DNA of 15,731 nt, taken from Cyanobacteriota bacterium (GTDB lineage Bacteria > Cyanobacteriota > Cyanobacteriia > Thermostichales > Thermostichaceae). Of the stretch, positions 7,734-15,596 are shown piece after piece. The first letter of the stretch is position 1; each line of letters begins with the position of its first letter. The stretch covers positions 1 through 15,731 of the forward strand of contig JANRIL010000047.1 of NCBI GenBank assembly GCA_033764955.1. The letters are read 5' to 3'. The translations under genes were made by a program, and so were the position numbers. Under the pieces are notes generated by a model, which was given only the letters and a program-made list of their open reading frames with translations, searched no databases and was not told where the DNA came from.

Positions 7734-9014
7734 ATGAGCCTGAACGTTTTGACGGATCCCCACCTGGATCTGCTGTTAATGGTGGTCTTGGGTTTTTTGG
7801 GCAGTTTTGGGCATTGTGGCGGGATGTGTGGCCCTTTGGTCATGACCCTGGCTTTAGCTCAGCCATTTTCGGGATCCTGGTGGCAAACCTGGCGATTTCA
7901 CCTGTTGCTCAATCTGGCAAGGCTAGGCAGCTATGCGCTGCTGGGATCCCTGATGGGCTGGCTGGGATCGGTGCTGATCGCAGGGGGGCAGTTGGCGGGG
8001 GTGGGCAGTGGCGGACGGCAGATGATCACGGCGGTGACGGGACTGGTGCTGACGCTGGCAGGACTAAGCCAATTGGGTTGGATGGCGGCGGTGGGGTCGG
8101 TTTTGCTGCCGAAAAGCTGGCGGGAAAAAAGCCACCAATGGATCAGTCAGCTCCTGCAAGAGTGGAGTCAATCCCCCTCTGCCTGGACACCCTTAGGGCT
8201 GGGGTTGCTGTGGGGAGGGATCCCCTGTGGGTTTTTGTATGTGGCGCAGATCAAGGCAGCAGAGTCAGGAACGGCGGGGGAGGGAGCGCTGACCATGCTG
8301 GCGTTTGGCTTGGGCACTCTGCCTGTCATGGTGGGTTTGGGGGTGGCGGTGGCGGGGTGGGGGGCGGATCGGCGCAGCCAATTGTATCGGTTGGCGGGGG
8401 GAATCACCCTGTTGACAGGAGTGATGTTGCTGCTGCGGACGAGTGCCATGCAGGATGTATCCGGCTATGCATCCCTGCTGCTGTTGATGCTGGCCTTAAT
8501 TGCCCGTCCCTTGCGCAACCTCTGGCCGTCACTGTTGCGGTATCGGCGGGTCTGGGGGGTGGGGGGAGTTAGCCTAGCCACTATTCACACGTTGCATCAT
8601 TTGGATCACAGTTTGGCCTGGAATGTGGCGGCTATCCTGTTTCTTTTACCCATGCATCAAGTGGGGGTAGCTTGCGGCGTAGGGGCGTTATTGTTGCTGT
8701 TGCCGGGGTTGGTCACCAGTACTGATAGCTGGCAAAAAAAGTTGGCATTGCACTGGCGCAAACTACATTTGTTGAGTTTACCCGCCCTGCTCTTGGCGGT
8801 AGCTCATAGCGTGCTGCTGGGATCGCGGTTTTGGGGATCCCTGCAACCTCAGTGGAGCAATCATCTGGCGGTGATGGGGTTGGGCGGATTGACGGGATTA
8901 GTATTTTTGGTGCGCTGGCGCTGGCTATGGAGTTGGGTCGGGAAGGGGGCTGAGTATGGTGAGGTTGTGGGCAGGCCAGAGGTGGCTGTTCGTTCTGGGG
9001 ATCGCTGTCATTGA
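7734..9014 (+). CDS. Membrane protein: DsbD_2 (TauE/SafE/UreH-like annotated) domain fused to a ferric reductase/MsrQ-like transmembrane domain
   Basis: N-terminal half has GSFGHCGGMCGP, R-LGSY, GGIPCGFLY and MLAFGLGTLP. C-terminal half has YRRVWGV...IH and LVTS...WRKLHLL...VAH, like the MsrQ heme-ligand pattern. Many TM helices. Confidence 0.78.
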   Translation: MSLNVLTDPHLDLLLMVVLGFLGSFGHCGGMCGPLVMTLALAQPFSGSWWQTWRFHLLLNLARLGSYALLGSLMGWLGSVLIAGGQLAGVGSGGRQMITAVTGLVLTLAGLSQLGWMAAVGSVLLPKSWREKSHQWISQLLQEWSQSPSAWTPLGLGLLWGGIPCGFLYVAQIKAAESGTAGEGALTMLAFGLGTLPVMVGLGVAVAGWGADRRSQLYRLAGGITLLTGVMLLLRTSAMQDVSGYASLLLLMLALIARPLRNLWPSLLRYRRVWGVGGVSLATIHTLHHLDHSLAWNVAAILFLLPMHQVGVACGVGALLLLLPGLVTSTDSWQKKLALHWRKLHLLSLPALLLAVAHSVLLGSRFWGSLQPQWSNHLAVMGLGGLTGLVFLVRWRWLWSWVGKGAEYGEVVGRPEVAVRSGDRCH

Positions 9015-9459
9015 GTTAAGCAGGATCGAGGTAGCACCTGGGAATCCCTGGTCAAGGGGGGAAAAAGTTTGGGCACATACCATCAAAACTAGTGGGGATG
9101 TGGCCGCCACTTTTCATTTAGAACCTAACCACAACCCCACCGCCGGACAATCTACCCTGATCTGGTTTGCCCTCACCCGCCGTGGGGGAGCCCTAATTCC
9201 CCTTCAGAACTGTCAGTGTCAGCTTAAGATCTATCGCCTCCCCAGCCCATCGGGAAGCCCACCCCTCCTCCAACCTTCCCTCCAAGCCATCACGGCAGAG
9301 GTCTATCAAGGGATCCCTGGCGCGGAGGTGATCTTCCCGCAGATTGGGCGGTATCGGCTGGAGTTATCCGGTAGCCCCATCATCCCCGAAGCTTTTCAGC
9401 CCTTCACCCTAAATTATGAGGTGACGGTCACCCAGGCCAGCCAGGGATCCCAGCCCTAA
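8956..9459 (+). CDS. Hypothetical exported protein, possibly metal-binding
   Basis: Hydrophobic N-terminus with possible cleavage VWA|H, then FHLEPNHNP, a CQC motif and beta-rich FPQIGRYRLEL. It overlaps the upstream gene by 59 nt on the same strand. Confidence 0.72.
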   Translation: MVRLWAGQRWLFVLGIAVIELSRIEVAPGNPWSRGEKVWAHTIKTSGDVAATFHLEPNHNPTAGQSTLIWFALTRRGGALIPLQNCQCQLKIYRLPSPSGSPPLLQPSLQAITAEVYQGIPGAEVIFPQIGRYRLELSGSPIIPEAFQPFTLNYEVTVTQASQGSQP

Positions 9460-9462
9460 CCC

Positions 9463-10542
9463 TCAAACCGGTGGCGGAGGAGCCGAGTGCATCCGGCTGG
9501 CTACTTCTGGCACATCAGCAAGCCGTTGCCAGCCCGCCATGCCTGTGCGCCAGATGGAAGTCTCTGGAGTTACGCCCTGTAGCAACAGTTGATCGAGGCT
9601 GAAGGGGCCGAAGTTTTGGCCGTCACGGGAGAGATACCACTGGGGAGCCGCCGGAACGGGGGGCGGGGGGGTAGGAGCAGCAGGTGGGGGATTTTGAAGG
9701 GATCCCACCAATTGTTGTCCCATCGCCATACCCACACCCAAATCGAGGGGAGAAGTACCCTTGCCAGGGTTTTTGGCAGAGGCTTCGATGGCATTAGCCG
9801 CTTGAAACTGGGTGTATTGCTGCATGTTGCCCAAAATTCCCATGGAGGTGCGTTTGTCAAGGGCGGCTTCCACCTCTGGAGGAAGAGAGATGTTTTCAAT
9901 CAATAACTGGCTCAGTTGCAGGCCAAATTTTTCCACTTCTGGCTGAATACCTTGACGAATGGTATCCCCCAACTGGGTGTAGTGGCTGGCTAAATCCAAC
10001 AATGGGATCCCGGATCGGCCTAGCCAACTGGCGAAAGCTGACACAATGATGTTGCGAATTTGATCGCTGATTTCATCCGTTTGAAAGAGTCCATCGGTGC
10101 TGACCAATTGCTCAAGCATCCGCTTCGGATCATGGATTTGCATGGCATAACTGCCAAAAGCCCGCAGGCGGACAGGGCCAAATTCGGGATCCCGCAGCGT
10201 AATCGGGTTGGCTGTACCCCATTTTAGGCTGGTAAAATGTCGGCGGCTAAAGAAATAAACCTCTGCTTTGAAGGGGGAGTTAAACCCATAGGGCCATGCT
10301 TGCAGTGTGCTTAAAATGGGCAGGTTTCGGGTATAAAGCTCAAAGGTTCCTTGCTCAAATTCATCCGCAATTTGTCCTTCATTGACAAAGATTGCTGTTT
10401 GACCGGGACGGACAATCAGCTTTGCCCCCTGCTTGATTTCGTTGTTATGCCGCTCAAATCGGTAAACCAGGGTTTCATTACTCGTGTCTAGCCACTCAAT
10501 GACATCGATAAATTGGCCACCAATTAATCCAAACAGCCCCAT
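9463..10542 (-). CDS. SPFH/Band 7 (YdjI-like) protein with C-terminal GYF_2 (DUF4339-like) domain
   Basis: FIDVIEW, SPFKAEVYF, KWGT, RDPEFGPVRLRAFG, NISLPPEVE and YTQFQ. Pro linker, then WYLSRDGQNFGPF...WRTGMAGW...PPPP. Confidence 0.88.
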   Translation of the reverse strand: MGLFGLIGGQFIDVIEWLDTSNETLVYRFERHNNEIKQGAKLIVRPGQTAIFVNEGQIADEFEQGTFELYTRNLPILSTLQAWPYGFNSPFKAEVYFFSRRHFTSLKWGTANPITLRDPEFGPVRLRAFGSYAMQIHDPKRMLEQLVSTDGLFQTDEISDQIRNIIVSAFASWLGRSGIPLLDLASHYTQLGDTIRQGIQPEVEKFGLQLSQLLIENISLPPEVEAALDKRTSMGILGNMQQYTQFQAANAIEASAKNPGKGTSPLDLGVGMAMGQQLVGSLQNPPPAAPTPPPPVPAAPQWYLSRDGQNFGPFSLDQLLLQGVTPETSIWRTGMAGWQRLADVPEVASRMHSAPPPPV

Positions 10543-10551
10543 GAGGATTCC

Positions 10552-12081
10552 TCAATCCGACTTTCTCTCTGATTCTAACGGACGTAGAGGGCGAGGGACT
10601 AGGCGACCGGCGAGGGCTTGGGATCCGGCTTCTCCTTGCTCCAAATAGACAGCATCTTGATTCACTTGCCAAAGATCATAAGTAAACTCGCCCAAAATAA
10701 TATTTTCGGCAGCTAACATGCCTGTCATCATGGCGTGATCTTGATTATTATAACGATGCATCCCATTACGTCCAACTAGTTGTAAGTTTGGCAGTGTTTT
10801 TTGTAGATAAGTTCTAATAATATCCACATGACTTTTGTAATGATGGTCATAGACAGGATAAGCCTTAGGAACCCGCACAACGGTTCCATCAATCACTTGA
10901 GCAGGTCGTTGGGGATCCCCTCTCAGCCCTAACTTGAGCAGTTCATCAGATGCCAATTTCAATAATTCAGTATCCGACATTTGCCATAATTGGTTATGAA
11001 TAAAACAGAAGTATTCCAACCCCAGGCAAGTATAGTTGAGATTAGGAACCAAGTCGGGACTCCAATTCTTAAAGTTTTGAATGCGACCCACCTGAACATT
11101 TGGATCATGAATATATATCCAATGATCGGGAAATAAATTGGGTTGATCCAAAATGATAGCAACAGTCAAGAAATCTCGATATTTGAGAGATTCAGCAGCC
11201 ACGATTACATCCGAGGGGGGGGCGGGATCCAGGGCACGAATTAGTGAACGCAACGGCATCGTTGAAATGATATGAGATCCCGACCAAAAACAGGTTTCTC
11301 CCTTAGTATTGAGGGTTTGCAGACCCAAAATCCCAGATGGATCCCAAAAAATTCGATTTACCTGATGACCTAACAGAACAGGATGGTGATTTGCCTGTAA
11401 ATGCGCATGGACTTGCTCCCACATTTGCCCTGGCCCTAAACGAGGATAACGAAACTGATCAATGAGGGTTTTAATGATATTTTTCTGGTGGGTTCGTTGA
11501 GGGAATAGGGTATTGCGGATGAGGGATCCCATGGATAGTCCTTTAATCCGCTGAGCCGCCCAATCAGCACTGATCGCTTGGCAGGGGATCCCCCAAACTT
11601 TTTCCGTGTAAGTCTTAAAGAAAGTGTAATAGAGGCGCTCCCCAAACTGATTAATCACCCAATCCTCGAAGGAGGTAACGGATGGTCGAGGTTGAAAACG
11701 AGCTTTCAGATAGCTTAAAATACAGAGCAATGTATAAGAAAAACCAAGCTTAGCAAAAGCATCTAAGGGTCGCAGGGGATAATCAAAAAACTTTTGGTTG
11801 TAATAGATGCGGGAAAGACGTTGGCAAACCAACATTTCGGATCCTAAAATCTCTGTCCAAAATTGCTCTACTTCCTGTGATTTGGAAAAGAAACGATGCC
11901 CACCGATATCAAAGCGATAACCTTGGTAAACAACTGTGCGAGAAATCCCCCCCACAAACTGCGGATCCTGTTCAAACACAGTAACCGGATATCCCGCCTG
12001 ACTAAGGGTATAAGCAGCCGTTAACCCCCCAGGTCCAGCCCCAATAACTAGGGTTGTGGTATCAGTCGAAGGAGTGCACAT
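10552..12081 (-). CDS. FAD-dependent oxidoreductase (HemY / amine oxidase / UDP-galactopyranose mutase-like superfamily)
   Basis: VIGAGPGGLTAA dinucleotide fold, GGISRT, FDIGGHRFFSK, YTEKVWG, WAAQRI, WIYIHDP, AYPVY and GRNGMHRYNNQDH. Confidence 0.88.
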   Translation of the reverse strand: MCTPSTDTTTLVIGAGPGGLTAAYTLSQAGYPVTVFEQDPQFVGGISRTVVYQGYRFDIGGHRFFSKSQEVEQFWTEILGSEMLVCQRLSRIYYNQKFFDYPLRPLDAFAKLGFSYTLLCILSYLKARFQPRPSVTSFEDWVINQFGERLYYTFFKTYTEKVWGIPCQAISADWAAQRIKGLSMGSLIRNTLFPQRTHQKNIIKTLIDQFRYPRLGPGQMWEQVHAHLQANHHPVLLGHQVNRIFWDPSGILGLQTLNTKGETCFWSGSHIISTMPLRSLIRALDPAPPSDVIVAAESLKYRDFLTVAIILDQPNLFPDHWIYIHDPNVQVGRIQNFKNWSPDLVPNLNYTCLGLEYFCFIHNQLWQMSDTELLKLASDELLKLGLRGDPQRPAQVIDGTVVRVPKAYPVYDHHYKSHVDIIRTYLQKTLPNLQLVGRNGMHRYNNQDHAMMTGMLAAENIILGEFTYDLWQVNQDAVYLEQGEAGSQALAGRLVPRPLRPLESERKSD

Positions 12082-12245
12082 ATTCGTTGCCCGAATCCAA
12101 GGGGTACAACGATCTTACAACAAACGTTACTCTCACAATTTATGACTCCAATTCATTTCTATTTCTACATACGGTTATTATAGTAAATTGTTATTATGAT
12201 TAGTACAATTATATCGACTCGTAGCCATTTCGAGAGGTTCACGCA

Positions 12246-13577
12246 CTATGCCACCCAGATATGCTGGGCATACCTCCAAATTAAATAAACTTGGATGAAT
12301 CCGGCTATAAAAAATAGACTCGCTACTATGCTTTGATAAGCAACTTGTAGATATACCCGCTTTCGCCATAATTTAATTCGATTGTTAATAAAATTAGTGG
12401 CAAGGTGAATAACTGCTAAAACTAGCAAAACATAAATCGGGAAGCAATAGCGAATCATACTTCTCATGCCGACGCTGGCTAAACCAGTAACGGTAAAATA
12501 AAACATTGTCCAAGCTATCAGAAAGAAATCGAAGCGCTCAGGTCGAGCTATCCTCCGATTCCTCAAACAGATCCCCCAATCCAAGACACTTAATGCCCAT
12601 AAAGCCCAAAAGGTAGCAGCAACCGCCAATTTACTGAGTCGATCTGCCCAGGACAAGCGATCTTCTACTAACCAGAAGAACTCCTGAATCATTTGCCCGG
12701 AGGGAATATAGTGTTGCCATTGAAAAAAGGCTTTGTAATCGGGTGTGACTTCCCAACCCATTTGTTGAAGTTTTAAGTAAAGGTTCCAGTCTCCAAATTG
12801 AATGGCACAGAAGAAAAAGAAACTGAGTCCTCCCAAGCCTGCAATAAGAGAGGTGAGGAACCATTTGGCGTCAAAACCTTTAATATCTAGATCAAATAGT
12901 GGCACACCATTTGCGAATCGGATCCTAAGTAATTTCAGTATAGGAAGACCGATCAAAGGCAATCCCACAATACGAGTTGCTGTCATCAAACACCCACTCA
13001 GTCCAGCTAACACCCAGCCCACTGAGCAATTTGATCTACTCCAATACAAATAGCCCAGCAATGTGGATAAAAATAACGACTCTGAATAGCCCACCACCAA
13101 AAAAAAGGCCGTGGGATAAACCGCGACCGCTAGGGATCCCAAAATTCTGAGACTCAGGGGAACCGCCCACCGCTCCATAAACAGGAGAAATTGCAACCAA
13201 AACAGCCAGCAAGCTATTTGCGAAGCGATATACAAAGCAATTTCAGAAGGGATCCCGAAAACCTGGCTGACCAGTCGAATAACTAATGGATAACCAGGAA
13301 AGAAAGCAACGTTATTGTTACCAACCTCAATCGTGCTAGCAGAAAGATCTACAGGATCATGCTGATAACCTCTATTCGCAATATCGATATACCAAAGACT
13401 ATCTCGTTGAGTAAGCCTTTGAAAAGCATCTAGCCAGTTATTCTCTCCGCTAACCACCCAAACTAGGCTCACCTGCAAGGCCGCAATCATTAAAGCGGTG
13501 ACACAAGCTGGATAAAGTTTCCGTAAGTGATCTAAGATCTTATGGGGATAGTTATTCAGCATTCTTTTCACCACCAC
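12246..13577 (-). CDS. Integral-membrane GT-C glycosyltransferase (PIG-V-like mannosyltransferase family)
   Basis: First loop RDSLWYIDIANRGY, then AFFPGYP, YSESLFL, ATRIVG and SMIRY, with ~10 hydrophobic segments. Start is uncertain (GTG 13577, ATG 13562 or ATG 13490). Confidence 0.8.
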   Translation of the reverse strand: MVVKRMLNNYPHKILDHLRKLYPACVTALMIAALQVSLVWVVSGENNWLDAFQRLTQRDSLWYIDIANRGYQHDPVDLSASTIEVGNNNVAFFPGYPLVIRLVSQVFGIPSEIALYIASQIACWLFWLQFLLFMERWAVPLSLRILGSLAVAVYPTAFFLVVGYSESLFLSTLLGYLYWSRSNCSVGWVLAGLSGCLMTATRIVGLPLIGLPILKLLRIRFANGVPLFDLDIKGFDAKWFLTSLIAGLGGLSFFFFCAIQFGDWNLYLKLQQMGWEVTPDYKAFFQWQHYIPSGQMIQEFFWLVEDRLSWADRLSKLAVAATFWALWALSVLDWGICLRNRRIARPERFDFFLIAWTMFYFTVTGLASVGMRSMIRYCFPIYVLLVLAVIHLATNFINNRIKLWRKRVYLQVAYQSIVASLFFIAGFIQVYLIWRYAQHIWVA

Positions 13578-13600
13578 TCTATCTATCCAACCTATCCATT

Positions 13601-14191
13601 ATGAATAGATTACCATTGGACTCTTCCAGCCTCCTACCCGTTCTAAATATGCCTTTGACCACATTCTTTGAGCAGACTTGGCAAATCACGGGATCCCTTG
13701 GCTCCAAATTGGCTAGAGTTTTGTTGTTGGCTTGCCTCTGCTGGTTAGAAATATCCAGCCTTTCCACAGAGACTTTTGCTAAAGAACAAGTCAACTATAG
13801 CAATGCAGAAATGTCAGGTAAAATTTTTCGATACGAGGATCTACAAGGAGGAAATTTTGTCAGCGCTAATCTACGAGGAAGCGATTTTCAGAAAGCTAAT
13901 TTGATGGGAGCAACTCTTAGTAAATGCAACCTAGCGGGAGCTAATTTACAGGGAGCAAATCTAAGTGCTGCATTGCTTGATCTCGCTAATTTAGAGCATG
14001 CCAATCTAAAAAATGCTAATCTCTCAGGAGTAATTGCCAGCCGTGCCGATTGGTTTGAGGTTGAGATCACAGGAGCAGATTTTAGTGATGCTATTCTAGA
14101 TCGCTCCGCCATCATTTATCTTTGTCAGCGAGCCGAGGGATCCCATCCAGAAACAGGACTTACCACGCGGGAAACACTGGGGTGTCGGTGA
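13601..14191 (+). CDS. Pentapeptide repeat protein with signal peptide (probably thylakoid lumen or periplasm)
   Basis: Tandem A(N/D)Lxx repeats, ITGADFSDA, and C-terminal LC..AEG.HP.TG..TRETLGC. The true start may be ATG 13649. Confidence 0.9.
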   Translation: MNRLPLDSSSLLPVLNMPLTTFFEQTWQITGSLGSKLARVLLLACLCWLEISSLSTETFAKEQVNYSNAEMSGKIFRYEDLQGGNFVSANLRGSDFQKANLMGATLSKCNLAGANLQGANLSAALLDLANLEHANLKNANLSGVIASRADWFEVEITGADFSDAILDRSAIIYLCQRAEGSHPETGLTTRETLGCR

Positions 14192-14199
14192 GTGATTGT

Positions 14200-14219
14200 T
14201 GAAAATGATAATATTTTCA
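14200..14219. promoter_or_regulatory. Fur-family-like operator palindrome upstream of the GNAT gene
   Basis: TGAAAAT-GATAAT-ATTTTCA has perfect 7-bp inverted arms and a hexamer array GAAAAT GATAAT ATTTTC. It is followed by TATAAC (14225-14230) and AAGGA before ATG 14244. Confidence 0.4.
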
Positions 14220-14243
14220 TTCGTTATAACTTAATAAGGATAG

Positions 14244-14801
14244 ATGTTAGAAATGCTGCCACTCCTGGTTGTTCGTCCTACCCAGCTTGCGGATCTTGCT
14301 TTTGTCTTGCAAGCGGAACAGGATCCAGAAAATTTTCCTTTTATTCATACCTGGACAGAAACTGAACATCAGCATGCCCTGGAAGATTCAAATATTGCCC
14401 ATCGAATAGTAGAGACGATCAACTTTCGACAAAAAGTGGGCTATTTTATCATTATAGGTCTAGAGAGTTCTCACCATAATCTGGAATTACGGCGAATCGT
14501 CATTACTCAAAAAGGAAAAGGGTATGGCAAAGCGACGATCAAAATAGTCAAGAGTTTAGCATTTGAGACCTATCAAGCTCATCGTTTAGGGTTAGATGTA
14601 AAAGATCACAATCAGCGTGCCCAAGCTGTTTATCGGTCCGCCGGTTTTGTGGTTGAGGGAATAATGCGAGAATGCTCAAAATCAGCTCAAGCAGATCACT
14701 ATGATTCTCTTCTTTTGATGTCGATGCTACGGGCAGAGTATGAAGCGTTGCAGTCACAATCTGATCTCCAGGTGGGGAACTTGAACCTGAAAGGTAGTTA
14801 G
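14244..14801 (+). CDS. GNAT family N-acetyltransferase (RimJ/RimL/SpeG-like)
   Basis: KGKGYGK acetyl-CoA motif, LDVKDHNQRAQAVYRSAGFVVEGIMRE and SML..EY. Confidence 0.88.
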   Translation: MLEMLPLLVVRPTQLADLAFVLQAEQDPENFPFIHTWTETEHQHALEDSNIAHRIVETINFRQKVGYFIIIGLESSHHNLELRRIVITQKGKGYGKATIKIVKSLAFETYQAHRLGLDVKDHNQRAQAVYRSAGFVVEGIMRECSKSAQADHYDSLLLMSMLRAEYEALQSQSDLQVGNLNLKGS

Positions 14802-15596
14802 ATATTCATCACTAGTGACGTTGATATGACCTCCTAATCGTTGCACCAATTGCCGAACCAGCGCTAATCCTAAACCTGTTCCGGCTTGTGCCCAGGGATC
14901 CTGACGGGGAATTCGATAAAACTTTTCAAAAATTCGTTCCAGTTCGCTGGAGGGAATACTTGAGCCGGTATTACTTACCTTAAATTGAGTGATCAGAACA
15001 GGAATCGGATTTTCGATAGGTTGTGTGATGGGGGTGAGCGGGGGAGAACTCATCAGCAAGCTGTGTTGCTGAACCGCAATGATCAAATCGCCTCCGGTAG
15101 GGGTGTACTTACAGGCATTGTTGATTAATTCTGCCAAAATACGCTCCAGAAGTTGTGGGTCAGTAGTCAGGTTTGCTAAGTCAGCGGGGATGACAATTTC
15201 AAGATGGAGTTGTCGTTCCTGCAAACGTGGCCGAAACCCCCTTAACAAATCAGGCAGCCAATTCACTAGTGATAAGGATTCTATGTAGAGGGGAGTCTGA
15301 CCAAATTCTAGGCGTTGTAAATCAAGGAGATTATTGATCAGGGCGATTTCACGCTCACACTCATCCTGTAAAATTTGAAGATAACGTTGTTGCTGCTTCC
15401 GTAAAGGAGTTTTTTGTAGCAAGAAAATGGCCATCTTTAGATTAGACATTGGAGTCCGTAATTCGTGGGAAACGGTGCTCAAAAATTCATCTTTTAGACG
15501 ATCCAATCTCTCCATCTCTTGCATCTGAAGTTCTAATTGTCGATTGCGTTCCAACGCAATACGGTGATCTTCTGCTTGCTTTCGCTCGGTGATACA
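14754..15596 (-). pseudogene. Sensor histidine kinase transmitter (HisKA + HATPase), apparently N-terminally truncated; track ORF 14754..15554
   Basis: H box VSHELRTP, N box ELINNACKY, SNTG, IFEKFYR and GTGLGL. In-frame ITERKQAE (end of a PAC motif) lies upstream of the first usable start. There is an in-frame TAG at 15663-15665 with no ATG/GTG/TTG between it and 15554. It could still be expressed as a sensor-less kinase. Confidence 0.65.

Larger units (their letters stand above)
354..14144. repeat. Highly iterated palindrome GGGATCCC (HIP1 variant), dispersed
   Basis: About 31 copies counted by eye (e.g. 354, 695, 1378, 1887, 2492, 3740, 5232, 6848, 7414, 9444, 11523, 13133, 14137), against fewer than one expected by chance. 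One GCGATCGC was noticed at 259-266. Confidence 0.92.

Noticed and set aside
7700..8572. 290-aa Gly-rich ORF overlapping the DsbD_2-like gene
   Set aside because: Alternate-frame product of G-rich codons; the 7734 frame carries the family motifs.
12104..12130. GTA-N9-TAC and repeated TTAC upstream of the oxidoreductase
   Set aside because: Spacing fits neither NtcA (N8) nor the HLR1 repeat period.
13860..14030. 15-nt periodic GCTAAT(C/T)T repeats
   Set aside because: Explained by pentapeptide-repeat coding; not a CRISPR array or DNA-level repeat.
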